DNA of 64,000 nucleotides. Source: Gammaproteobacteria bacterium (lineage in GTDB: Bacteria > Cyanobacteriota > Vampirovibrionia > Vampirovibrionales > JAJTHC01). The stretch is from contig JBEISK010000003.1 in assembly GCA_040375445.1 (NCBI GenBank), positions 2,216 to 66,215 on the forward strand, given 5' to 3'. Every line of letters begins with the position of its first letter. Within the stretch, counting starts at the first letter, position 1. Shown here piece after piece: positions 31,451-41,092 of this stretch. A program made the translations under genes and the position numbers. The notes under the pieces are model-generated. The model was not told where the DNA came from, made no database searches, and worked only from the letters and a program-made list of their open reading frames with translations.

Positions 31451-33058
31451 ATGATGATCTTAGCTGCTCCCCAAAACGGTGTTGTGTCTTTGGCCTTTTC
31501 ATCCGATTTTTTAAGGCTTGAATTGGTGTGGATCAATACACAATCAGGTCAAATTATTAATGCAGGGTATATCCCGATTAGCAGCGTTGATTTAGCGACT
31601 CGATCCATTTTAGTGCCTGACAACTTTATGGAAAGTATTCAGTCCTTATTCCAAGAACTCAATATTCCCCCTAATTTACCAGTTACCTTGATGTTGCCTA
31701 GCTTTTATACACGTATGCTTGGTTTGCCTCCTGGTATGAATGATAAAGACATACATAATATTTTGTTGGATGAAGCAGAGCGCTCTGTTTTATTTAAGCG
31801 CGAAGCCCCAGCCTTAGATTGGGTATTCTTAAATGTGGATGACGCTGAAAATGAATATTGTGTGTATACAGCATATCCTCTTTCTGCGTTGACTGATATT
31901 TTAAGTATTCTGAATCAACTCAAAATAAATATTTGTTCGGTGGAAAGTAATGTCACCGCTCTTTTAAAAGGTTTGGTTAGTACTGGTACCCTTGCCAATG
32001 ATGGCCAGAAACGATTACTTTCTATTCTAAATGAAACAAATTCAACTACTTTGGTGTTAGAAGGGGTGAATATCGTCAGTTTAATTGAAGCCCCTGTGTC
32101 GTCTCAAAATATCCATCCGTCTGACATTGTGAGCGATTTACAGCAAGATATCGGTGGCTTAAGTGATCTATTACACGAGTGTCATGAAGTGATTGTGGTG
32201 CATAATAATTCTAAAGTGTCTGCAGACTTACTAGCCACCGCCTTTGAACAGTTTGATGAAGTCGTGTTAGTCGAACAAAGCCCTAATACGATTGCGTCTT
32301 TAGGGGCGAAAAAGCCTTTATACCCTTGTACGGTTGAAGCCTTAGGGGCAGCGATGTTTAAGGAACTCGCCTCGTTTGGGAGTTTGAACTTGCTCCCCAT
32401 AGAACGCCAAATAGAAGTGATGGTGGCAGATTGCCGAGTCAAGATACTTCCTTTTGCGATTGCGGCGAATGTCTTGGTTTTGGCGTTAGTTGTTCTCGCC
32501 TATGGTGTGCTTTCTGCCATGAATCTAGGCAAAAGTATGAGTTTAGATGAAGTGAATAAAAAAATTGCGAATCATAAAGCTCCTGCTGCTTCGCCTGAAA
32601 CGTACGCCAAAGAACTTTGGTTGAAACGTTACAGTGATTTTAATGTCAATATCGTTAAATGGTTGACGGCCGTGCAAAAGGATTTGCCTAGTACCTTGTG
32701 GGTCAACTCGATTTCTTTACACTGTGTGAACGGTAAAAGCTTGTTACGCTTAGAAGGCGGTAGCCAAAATGGCCAAGAAATAGCAGGATATTTTGAAAAA
32801 ATACAACCCGCCTTTTTAGTCGATAAATTAAGCTATTCCCAAGTGGAACCGACGTCTTTAACTGTAACCCCATCTTTATCTACCTTTAAGCCTGTAACAA
32901 CCCCTCCTGCTTCAGGTGGGTCTTCTGGGGGATTAGACAAGGTTAATAGTGCGGATGTTTACTATAAATGGCAGGCTCAAGCAGGTATAGATCCAAGTGC
33001 GGTAACAGCAGCGGAGGCAACACCAGCAGCGGATCCTCCTCCTCCAGAGAATCATTAA
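31451..33058 (+). CDS. pilMN: type IV pilus assembly protein, PilM-like (actin-fold) fused to a PilN-like TM plus periplasmic domain, with a Thr/Pro/Ala-rich tail
   Basis: The first 330 aa or so resemble the PilM fold (N-terminal VVSLAFSSDFLRLELV...). They are followed by a single TM (ILPFAIAANVLVLALVVLAYGVLSAM) and a PilN-like periplasmic region (WVNSISLH...LLRLEGGSQNGQEIAGYFEKIQ). Confidence 0.55.
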   Translation: MMILAAPQNGVVSLAFSSDFLRLELVWINTQSGQIINAGYIPISSVDLATRSILVPDNFMESIQSLFQELNIPPNLPVTLMLPSFYTRMLGLPPGMNDKDIHNILLDEAERSVLFKREAPALDWVFLNVDDAENEYCVYTAYPLSALTDILSILNQLKINICSVESNVTALLKGLVSTGTLANDGQKRLLSILNETNSTTLVLEGVNIVSLIEAPVSSQNIHPSDIVSDLQQDIGGLSDLLHECHEVIVVHNNSKVSADLLATAFEQFDEVVLVEQSPNTIASLGAKKPLYPCTVEALGAAMFKELASFGSLNLLPIERQIEVMVADCRVKILPFAIAANVLVLALVVLAYGVLSAMNLGKSMSLDEVNKKIANHKAPAASPETYAKELWLKRYSDFNVNIVKWLTAVQKDLPSTLWVNSISLHCVNGKSLLRLEGGSQNGQEIAGYFEKIQPAFLVDKLSYSQVEPTSLTVTPSLSTFKPVTTPPASGGSSGGLDKVNSADVYYKWQAQAGIDPSAVTAAEATPAADPPPPENH

Positions 33059-33086
33059 TTTACCGAGTTTAATAAAGGTTTAAACC

Positions 33087-34052
33087 ATGCGAAAAACAGC
33101 AACTGCCATCTTTGTGCCTAATCACCCTGCCTTTGCCAAGGTGCTTCGAACCCCTGAAGTTTTACTAGGAATTGCGGGTATAGTGGTGATTTTATTGATT
33201 GCCTTTAATGTCTTATTTACGTCTGTGCTGGCTTCGGCGACACAGATTGAAAAAGACATTGAAGCCAAACAGCAAGAACTCAAAGACAAAGAAGCCTTAG
33301 ATGTTTTATTGGTTCAACTCAAAGGCGAAGCGGATCAAAATACGACCGACCTACTCAGTATTTCACCAGGTGAAATTGCTTCTGTAAGAATTTTTAACTT
33401 TGTGAAAGAATTAGAAGGCTTGAGTGCGGATCCCCTTAATTTGCCTGAACCGCATCATCAAGTGTCTATTTTTCATGTGGAACAAGTGTTCGGTGATTCG
33501 CCAGAGGTAGCAGGAACGCCAACGACTCCCCCCGCTCAAGCAGGAGCCACTAAAAATATCTTCAGTTCAGAAGTGACCCCTTTCCCCGCTCCTGAGTTAG
33601 AACAACTGAAGTTGAATGTGCCTGCTGAACAATACACGTATAAGATTGATGTACGGGGGTCTTATGTCGGGCTCGTCAATTTTGTGAGGAAACTCGCCAC
33701 CCATTCGCCTTTGGTGGGCATTAAAGGATTGGAACTTAAAGTGGATCCTGACGCCCCAAGCGTTTTATTATTTAGGAATGTTCCGGTCCCTTCACCGTCA
33801 GGAGCCACCACGTCTAAGCCTACAGCAGTAGCTATTCCTACATCAGGTGCTACGCCTCCTGCCACGCCAGAAGCGGGGCCGTCACTTCCTCTAAATGCTT
33901 CTAAAAAAGCGAGCACCCCTTTGGTGTTGACCCTAACAGTGGATATTTTCTTAAGTAGTGGTCAGGCCACCACCTTAAACACCGATGCTTCTGCTACAAT
34001 GGCATCAGATGCCACGGCAGGAACGCCTCCTCCTATAGCTTCCGCTATATAA
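33087..34052 (+). CDS. pilO: PilO-like pilus assembly protein with long Thr/Pro/Ser/Ala-rich C-terminal tail
   Basis: N-terminal TM and a coiled coil (IEKDIEAKQQELKDKEALDVLLVQL). The motif YKIDVRGSYVGLVNFVRKLATHSPLVGIKGLELK is typical of the PilO ferredoxin-like domain. Confidence 0.5.
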   Translation: MRKTATAIFVPNHPAFAKVLRTPEVLLGIAGIVVILLIAFNVLFTSVLASATQIEKDIEAKQQELKDKEALDVLLVQLKGEADQNTTDLLSISPGEIASVRIFNFVKELEGLSADPLNLPEPHHQVSIFHVEQVFGDSPEVAGTPTTPPAQAGATKNIFSSEVTPFPAPELEQLKLNVPAEQYTYKIDVRGSYVGLVNFVRKLATHSPLVGIKGLELKVDPDAPSVLLFRNVPVPSPSGATTSKPTAVAIPTSGATPPATPEAGPSLPLNASKKASTPLVLTLTVDIFLSSGQATTLNTDASATMASDATAGTPPPIASAI

Positions 34053-34219
34053 AACGGTCTATGGTCTCTTCGTTGTCGCTACGATTTTTTTGTTCCGTTA
34101 TGTAGTTCTGTCTACACGCCCTCACAAAAAAATCTAGGCTCCTAGAATAGCCTCATAGCCTGTTTCATCTATCGAAAACTATACAATCTAAAATTAACGC
34201 ATCTAGTTAGGAAGACTGC

Positions 34220-35173
34220 TTGAAACTTTGTGTGGTTGGAAAAGGTCGGATGCTTCATGCCTTGATGAAGCCTTTACTTTTGGCACATCAAGCCAAACGT
34301 CTTGAAATTGTGGCGATATTGAGTCATTGTCAAGAAAAGCCAATGCGTCAATGGCAGGATGCGGGCATTTCCTTTATTCAATGCCCCCAAGGTATTCAAG
34401 ACCCTGCTGTTTTAGAGCATCTTCAAAATATTCTTCAGCCCGATGTCCTGCTTTTGGCTTCGTGGGGCGAGATTTTAACGTCACACACGCTGGAAGCCTT
34501 AGCACCCATTATGGTGTGGAACTTGCATCCATCCTTACTGCCCGCTCATCGAGGGGTGAATCCCTACATCGCTTGTATTTTGGCAGGAGACTCGCAAAGT
34601 GGACTCACCTTGCATCAGTTGGTGGCAGGTATTGATGAAGGCAATATTTTAGATCAACGTGCGGTGCCGATTGAACCAGGCATGTCAGGCTTAGACTTAC
34701 AAGACCTTACCTTACATGAAGTCCCTTTGCTTTTTGAAGGCGTCTTGGCAGATATTGAAGAAAAAGGCTTAGAGGCTTACCATCATAGTGCTAGAGAACA
34801 AGACGTCTGGGGAGCGTCTCATCATCGCTTGGCACACATCACACAAGTGGTCTTAAATCCCCATTCTCCCCTTGACGTTCTGCAACGCCAAGCCCATGCC
34901 GTGCGTGGGTGGATGCCCTGTTTGCTTCCTTTGGGGAGGGGATGGCATGTGGATGTTGTGGCGTTTCATGCTCGCTCAAGGAAGGGTTCGTTTATGGTTC
35001 AATGGACGCATCCTGCGTCAGGGGAAACGTGTTTTGTTACAGGAAAAGCCCTCTATTACAAGGGTCTAAAATATCCGCTGGTAACGGATATATTTTCTTT
35101 ATTTACAAGGGTTTTAAGGTTTTTTAAAGCCTTTTGCTTAAAAGGCAAATGTAACAATTTAGGCATCTTTTAG
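34220..35173 (+). CDS. formyltransferase-family protein (Fmt/PurN-like N-domain, divergent C-terminus)
   Basis: Contains the Formyl_trans_N catalytic motif NLHPSLLPAHRG plus a downstream Asp (GIDEGNILD). The C-terminal 120 aa or so is unrelated to Fmt. Confidence 0.55.
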   Translation: MKLCVVGKGRMLHALMKPLLLAHQAKRLEIVAILSHCQEKPMRQWQDAGISFIQCPQGIQDPAVLEHLQNILQPDVLLLASWGEILTSHTLEALAPIMVWNLHPSLLPAHRGVNPYIACILAGDSQSGLTLHQLVAGIDEGNILDQRAVPIEPGMSGLDLQDLTLHEVPLLFEGVLADIEEKGLEAYHHSAREQDVWGASHHRLAHITQVVLNPHSPLDVLQRQAHAVRGWMPCLLPLGRGWHVDVVAFHARSRKGSFMVQWTHPASGETCFVTGKALYYKGLKYPLVTDIFSLFTRVLRFFKAFCLKGKCNNLGIF

Positions 35174-35360
35174 ATTAATCAACATATAAATGACTCATAT
35201 TTTGAATGAAGCTGATACAATAAGGGCATATCAAATAAATGATTTATTTTTTGATTTGACCCTATATCATTACCCTATTCACTCAGGATGATTTTAAAAT
35301 CATCCTTTTTTTTGCTTGTTTTTTGTGGTATAAGGGGGATATATAAAGGACAAAACCCCC

Positions 35361-36983
35361 ATGCTTAAAAACATTTTATTGACGTTGACTCTTAGCCTTC
35401 TGTTTGTAATGAGCAGCCTTTTCTTTGCCTTCGCTGTAGAAACAACCCCGAAGTTTCACTGCCCTGCTCCTCAAACTTGTGTCAACTTCGTCGCCATTAA
35501 CGATGTTTATGAATGGAAGCCTTACCCACATGAAAAAACAGGTTCCTTAAGTCGCTTGTCGACTTATTTGACTCGCTTGCATGAACGTTTCCCCAAAACC
35601 GATGTTTTGTTCGCTGGGGATTTGCTTTCCCCTTCGAGTGACAGCCAACTCACCAAGGGCTTGCACATGGTGCAAGGCTTAAACGCCTTAGGCGTTAAAG
35701 TGGCAACCTTAGGCAATCACGAATTTGATTTTGGTGAACAGGGTTTAGCCAACGCCTTAAAGGCGTCTCAATTTCCGTGGTTGGCAGCGAATGTGCAGGT
35801 GTTGACGAATACGACCCTCTCGCCAAACCAAATCAAGCCGTACACCGTGATTGAACAAGCAGGCAAGCGGATTCTCGTCTTTGGTTTGTTGACGACTGAA
35901 ACAACTCAACTCAATAACGTTGCGGGCTATGCCACGATTAAAGATCCCATTGAAACAGCGAAGACCCTTTTACCGCAATGGATTAAAACCGAAAAGCCTG
36001 ATGCCGTGATCGCCTTAACGCACCTCAATATCGCTGAAGACAGACGCCTTGCACAAACCGTGCCGAACATTGATGTCATTCTTGGTGGGCATGATCATCA
36101 CCAGTTGCTACAAGTGATTAACGGTGTGCCGATTATTAAACTCGACAGTGATGCTCGAACCGTGGGGCATTTACAACTCAATTTTAATCCTAGTACGACG
36201 CTCTGTAATCGTCATTTGGTCAAAGAAACCCCTATTGCAGAATGGCATTATGAAGTCACCGCCTTAACGCCTGCCGACTTCCCTGAAGACAAGGCGTTTG
36301 AAGCGAAAATCCTCGAAAAAACACCTGCTCGCTTAGCGAGTTTGGACGACGTTGTGGGAACGCTTCCTGTGACATGGAACGTCAACCAAGAAACGATTCG
36401 AGGCGTGTACAGTCCCACCGCTCAACAAATCGCCGAAATCTTGCGTCGTTACCTCAAAACGGATGTCGTTCTCATCAATAGCGGGGGCATTCGGGGCAAC
36501 CGAATCATTCTTCCTGGCGTATTAAGTCAACGAGACATGTGGCAGATATTACCTTTTGACAACGGCCTAGTAACGCTGAACTTGACGCCCAAACAACTTC
36601 GCACGGTGCTTGAAAAGGGCTTTAGCCAAGTGGACACGGAACCGAATTGGGGGGGCTATCTGCATTTTTCGGGCGTGGTGGTGGTGGTGAATCCGAAAGC
36701 TCCTGTGGGCAAGCGAGTTCAAGCGGTCTTGGATGCTCGTACAGGGCTTGCCTTGGACGGCTCTAAAACGTTTCGGGTGAGTGTGAATACCTATTTAGCC
36801 GAAGGCGGTAATGGGTTTGAGATCTTGAAGCAGTATAAAGACGCTCAAGTGCCTACCGCTGTCGCACTTTCTGAAACCCAAGCGGTAAGCTTAGGCAAGG
36901 CGTTTAAGGCGTTAACGCCCCAAGCCTTGCTTGATGCCATGCATCAAGCCCCGTCTGTGCAGCTATTGATTCAACCTTTGTAA
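35361..36983 (+). CDS. secreted bifunctional metallophosphatase / 5'-nucleotidase (UshA-like)
   Basis: Signal peptide, calcineurin-like motifs (LGNHEFDFG, GGHDHH) and a C-terminal 5'-nucleotidase domain. Confidence 0.8.
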   Translation: MLKNILLTLTLSLLFVMSSLFFAFAVETTPKFHCPAPQTCVNFVAINDVYEWKPYPHEKTGSLSRLSTYLTRLHERFPKTDVLFAGDLLSPSSDSQLTKGLHMVQGLNALGVKVATLGNHEFDFGEQGLANALKASQFPWLAANVQVLTNTTLSPNQIKPYTVIEQAGKRILVFGLLTTETTQLNNVAGYATIKDPIETAKTLLPQWIKTEKPDAVIALTHLNIAEDRRLAQTVPNIDVILGGHDHHQLLQVINGVPIIKLDSDARTVGHLQLNFNPSTTLCNRHLVKETPIAEWHYEVTALTPADFPEDKAFEAKILEKTPARLASLDDVVGTLPVTWNVNQETIRGVYSPTAQQIAEILRRYLKTDVVLINSGGIRGNRIILPGVLSQRDMWQILPFDNGLVTLNLTPKQLRTVLEKGFSQVDTEPNWGGYLHFSGVVVVVNPKAPVGKRVQAVLDARTGLALDGSKTFRVSVNTYLAEGGNGFEILKQYKDAQVPTAVALSETQAVSLGKAFKALTPQALLDAMHQAPSVQLLIQPL

Positions 36984-37041
36984 AGCTTGAATCAGGATAT
37001 ATATAGTGTTCTTTATAGTATCCGATAGATAAAATTGCGAT

Positions 37042-37320
37042 GCTTAAAAATCGTTGCATCAGCAGACGTCCAAGCACTAAATCCGAGCGGGTGAGCGAAT
37101 TGCGAATCCCCGAGCGATTTTGCGGACGTCGTGCAACGAGAATGATGCGACGAGGTGGGTCACAAAAGGGGGAGGATTTTCAAGGAGGGGGAAATGAGGG
37201 AGGAGAAACGCAATACGTCCTCCCTTCCCCTTCCTTGAACCGCCTTTAGAGGTGTTGGAGACCTTTGGCGGAGCAAAGGTCTCTGACGACGACCAGCTAT
37301 AAGCGGAGATAGAAATCCCA
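37042..37320. mobile_element. MITE-like non-autonomous element, copy B
   Basis: Termini gacgtccaagcac... and ...gaccagctataagcggagatagaaatccc match the TIRs of the 50218-50525 copy. Internal blocks gattttgcggacg and ccgcctttagagg...cctttggcggagcaaaggtctctgac are shared with copy A. Confidence 0.5.
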
Positions 37321-37326
37321 AAAAAC

Positions 37327-37908
37327 CTAGTAGTTTTTAGGAGGAATAACCAAGTCTTGATCCAACTTCAAGGCATCGCCTTTCAAATTGTTGGCTTTTT
37401 TCAAGCGAGCCACATAATCAGGCGAATAGGATCCATAAAACTTGTGAGCAATCCCGCCTAAGGTGTCGCCACTTTTTACAGTGTACATCGTCGCTTTGAC
37501 GGATTTTTCACCTGTGGGTTCGGCGGTCGGAGTTGCACTCACGTTAGGGGAAGATTTTTCCACAACTTGAGGAGCCGTTACGGATTTAGGGGATTCCTTC
37601 ACCGTTTCTTGAACAACCGTTTGACTCACGGCATCCATTGCAGGGGTTTGAGGGCGTGAGTTAAAGACCCAAAAGAACAAGGTCGTTAAAATTAAGCCTG
37701 TGAGCAAACCTGCCACAAAGGTCAATAACGGGTGATGCTCTTCTTTAATATCAGACAACACTTGGGTGTCCGTCGTTTGAGACCATAGCACATCAAGTTC
37801 TTTTTGAGCCGAGGCGGGCGTGGTGTTTTCATTACGCAAGTACACACCTAAATTTTCAGAAGGTGTGATGTTTTCACTCACAGGAGTTTCTACAGAAGGA
37901 GTCGCCAT
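37327..37908 (-). CDS. LysM-domain protein (membrane-anchored)
   Basis: The C-terminal YTVKSGDTLGGIAHKFYGS...LVIPPKN matches LysM. There is a central TM segment. Confidence 0.65.
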   Translation of the reverse strand: MATPSVETPVSENITPSENLGVYLRNENTTPASAQKELDVLWSQTTDTQVLSDIKEEHHPLLTFVAGLLTGLILTTLFFWVFNSRPQTPAMDAVSQTVVQETVKESPKSVTAPQVVEKSSPNVSATPTAEPTGEKSVKATMYTVKSGDTLGGIAHKFYGSYSPDYVARLKKANNLKGDALKLDQDLVIPPKNY

Positions 37909-38245
37909 AATGGGTTTCCTTTTTTAATTGGATCCATTTACAAGCAAAACGCAAATGGGTGGGGGCAAACTTAAATGACCGAAGCCATAAAAAACGAAAA
38001 AGGTGTTTCAATAAAGTCGCACATCAACGGTTTTTTGAGGTGTGATGGCAAAACACTTTGTTGAAATCAAACACTTTTTATAGATACATCCCTTATTATA
38101 AGGCAAACACGAAGGACGTGACAAAAATGTGAAGCTATCGTAACAGAAGAGCGGTTTATTGCCCCTTTTTTGTTACATTTCTCCTGTATTTGTGTGATAA
38201 TAAAGGAGAAATCCCCTCGACTGTACTTAGAGAGAGACCCTCCTC

Positions 38246-40984
38246 ATGCCCCAAAATCCGTTCCCCCAACAGGCGTTACCTACGGCGTATCAACCCCACA
38301 CCATTGAATCCACCTGCTATGCGTTTTGGTTAGAGCAAAACCTCTTTGATCCTGATGTCGCTTTGAATGCCTGGTTTGACGCCCAAGGGCAGTCAACGCC
38401 TGAAGACAAATCGAACATTCCTCACTTTAGCATGGTGATTCCGCCGCCGAATGTCACAGGCAATCTGCACATGGGGCATGCGTTGGACAACACCATTCAA
38501 GACGTGTTTACCCGTTGGCACCGTATGCTAGGACACCGTACCTTGTGGATGCCGGGGATGGATCACGCAGGCATTGCCACGCAATCGATTGTCGAGCGTC
38601 GTTTAAAGGCTGGCGACGTCGAAGGCTTTCCTAAAGGTACTTTGCGACATGACTTGAGTCGTGAAGACTTTATTGAAAAAGTGTGGGATTGGGCAAAATC
38701 CTGCCAAGTCAATATCAAAACGCAGTTTCAACGCTTGGGCATTTCACCCGATTGGTCACGGTCTCGCTTTACGCTGGATGAAGGCTTGAGTGATGCCGTC
38801 CGCAAAACGTTTGTGGACTTATATAAAGACGGCTTAATCTATCGAGGCGAACGCATCGTCAATTGGGATCCTGCCACGCAATCGGCGATTTCGGATATTG
38901 AAACCGATTACACCGATGAAGAAGGCTATTTATGGCATATTGCTTATCCGTTAACGCACGGTGGAGGCGAGCTGATTGTGGCGACCACTCGTCCTGAAAC
39001 GCTGTTTGGTGACGTGGCGGTTGCCGTGAATCCCAAGGATGAACGCTACGCCAAATACATCGGGCAGACCGTTTTATTGCCTCTTACAGGACGCAAGATC
39101 CCTGTGATTGGGGACGATTATGTGGAAATCGAGTTTGGCACAGGGGCGTTGAAAATCACGCCTGCTCACGACCCCAATGACTTTGAAGTCGGCTCTCGGC
39201 ATCAGTTGACGCCCCTGCGTATTTTTAATGACAAGGCGGAGCTACTTTCGCTGGACTTCATCCCTCAAGCCTTGCACGGCTTGGATCGCTGGAAGGTGCG
39301 TGAACAAGTTGAACACCTGCTTGAAGGGCAAGGCTACCTACGAGCCAAAAATCCGCATGCCCACCGTGTCGGACGCGCCCAACGTAGTGGCGAAGTCATC
39401 GAGCCACTTTTGTCTAAGCAATGGTTTGTTAACACCAAGCCCCTTGCTCAAGCGTGTTTAGACGCTTATGAGAAGGGCGAATTGCATTATGTGCCTGAAC
39501 GCTGGGGCAAGGAATACTTGCGGTGGATGAATAATATTAATGACTGGTGTATTTCTCGTCAATTGTTGTGGGGGCATCGTATCCCCGCATGGCATCATAA
39601 AACGAGCGGTGAAATCTACGTTGGCGAAACGGCACCGCTCGATGCTGAAAACTGGAGCCAAGATCCAGATGTCTTGGATACCTGGTTTTCGTCAGGCTTA
39701 TGGCCTTTTAGCACCATGGGCTGGCCCGATGAAAATGCTCAAGACTTTAAGGATTTTTATCCTACGTCGATGCTAGTAACAGGCTTTGATATTATCTTCT
39801 TTTGGGTGGCTCGCATGACGATGTTTGGGCATCAAATGACGGGTAAATCGCCGTTTGAAACCGTGTATATTCACGGCTTGATTCGAGATGAAAAAGGGCA
39901 GAAGATGTCCAAATCCAAAGGCAATACGATCGATCCTGTTGTGGTGATTGACGAAAATGGTTGCGACGGCTTTCGCTTTGCCCTAATTAACCTCATTACT
40001 TATGGCGGTCAAGATATTAAGCTTTCGAAAGACAAGCTTGAACAAGGCAAGCTCTTTAGTAATAAATTGTGGAACGCGTCTCGTTTTGTGTTGATGCACC
40101 TTGAATCAGGCGAGATTGCCAGCGAACTTGACACCGCCTTGTTGAGCGACATGGATCGCTGGATTTTAGGGCGTTATGAGTTTGTGGTGCGTGAAGCCAA
40201 CCGCATGCTAAGTGAGCATCGCTTAGGGGAATACGCCCAACTCATGCTAGATTTCGTTTGGTATCAGTTCTGTGATTGGTACATTGAATACGCCAAAGCC
40301 CCCATGAAAAGCGAAGATGAGGCTCTTAAAGCGAACACTCGCTTCATTTTGCATCAGTTGTTAGAAGGTATTTTGAAGCTCTTGCATCCCATTATGCCGT
40401 ATATCACGGAAGCCTTGTGGCAACGCTTGCCTTTAAAGAAAGGCATTAGTATTAGTGTTTCGGCATTTCCTCAACAGGCAAACCTCTATTACCACAATAG
40501 CAATTTGAATGAAGAAGTGAGCTTTTTGTTGGGCGTGGTGCGTGCGTTGCGTCAGATTCGTCAACAATATAATGTGCCACCCTCTAAGCCTGTCGATGCC
40601 TTGTTTGAAGCTTCAGAAGGGCAGGATTACCGTGTGCTACAACGTACCCAAGAGACCTTGCGTCACTTTGTGGCCTTGGGGGAATTGACCATTGAACGCC
40701 AGATCACGCAAAAGCCTGAACAAGTCGCCACAGGTGTGGTGGGGCATTGCAAAATCATGGTTCCGTTAGCGGGTTTGATCGATGTCGAGCAAGAAGTGGG
40801 TCGTTTAAAGAAGCAAGAAGCGACTTTGAGTAAGGAGCAACAAAAGCTCTTGGGCATGCTGAACAATCCGCAGTTTTTGGCTCGTGCCAGTGAAGAGGTG
40901 GTGGCAAAAAACAAGCACTTGTTGGATGAAGTGAATCAACAGCTTCGCCTATTAGAAGAGCAGTTGCAAGGCTTGTTGGGTTAA
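38246..40984 (+). CDS. valS: valine--tRNA ligase
   Basis: 912 aa with HIGH-type (GNLHMGHA) and KMSKS (GQKMSKSKGN) motifs, a CP1 editing domain and a C-terminal coiled coil. Confidence 0.95.
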   Translation: MPQNPFPQQALPTAYQPHTIESTCYAFWLEQNLFDPDVALNAWFDAQGQSTPEDKSNIPHFSMVIPPPNVTGNLHMGHALDNTIQDVFTRWHRMLGHRTLWMPGMDHAGIATQSIVERRLKAGDVEGFPKGTLRHDLSREDFIEKVWDWAKSCQVNIKTQFQRLGISPDWSRSRFTLDEGLSDAVRKTFVDLYKDGLIYRGERIVNWDPATQSAISDIETDYTDEEGYLWHIAYPLTHGGGELIVATTRPETLFGDVAVAVNPKDERYAKYIGQTVLLPLTGRKIPVIGDDYVEIEFGTGALKITPAHDPNDFEVGSRHQLTPLRIFNDKAELLSLDFIPQALHGLDRWKVREQVEHLLEGQGYLRAKNPHAHRVGRAQRSGEVIEPLLSKQWFVNTKPLAQACLDAYEKGELHYVPERWGKEYLRWMNNINDWCISRQLLWGHRIPAWHHKTSGEIYVGETAPLDAENWSQDPDVLDTWFSSGLWPFSTMGWPDENAQDFKDFYPTSMLVTGFDIIFFWVARMTMFGHQMTGKSPFETVYIHGLIRDEKGQKMSKSKGNTIDPVVVIDENGCDGFRFALINLITYGGQDIKLSKDKLEQGKLFSNKLWNASRFVLMHLESGEIASELDTALLSDMDRWILGRYEFVVREANRMLSEHRLGEYAQLMLDFVWYQFCDWYIEYAKAPMKSEDEALKANTRFILHQLLEGILKLLHPIMPYITEALWQRLPLKKGISISVSAFPQQANLYYHNSNLNEEVSFLLGVVRALRQIRQQYNVPPSKPVDALFEASEGQDYRVLQRTQETLRHFVALGELTIERQITQKPEQVATGVVGHCKIMVPLAGLIDVEQEVGRLKKQEATLSKEQQKLLGMLNNPQFLARASEEVVAKNKHLLDEVNQQLRLLEEQLQGLLG

Positions 40985-41092
40985 GCGACCCCCATATCTC
41001 TAAAGACGGTTATAACATTAAATCGCCTTGAAAATGTCATACGCTTGTGATGAAATAGAAAAGTAATGTACCTTCATTAAAAAGGCTTTTCG

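Noticed and set aside
37040-37249. 69-aa ORF and 50243-50548 101-aa ORF
   Set aside because: Both lie wholly inside MITE-like repeat copies, and their sequences are repeat-derived.
37909-38245. T-box leader upstream of valS
   Set aside because: No T-box consensus (AGGGTGGNACCGCG) or specifier-loop arrangement is visible in the 337-bp upstream region.
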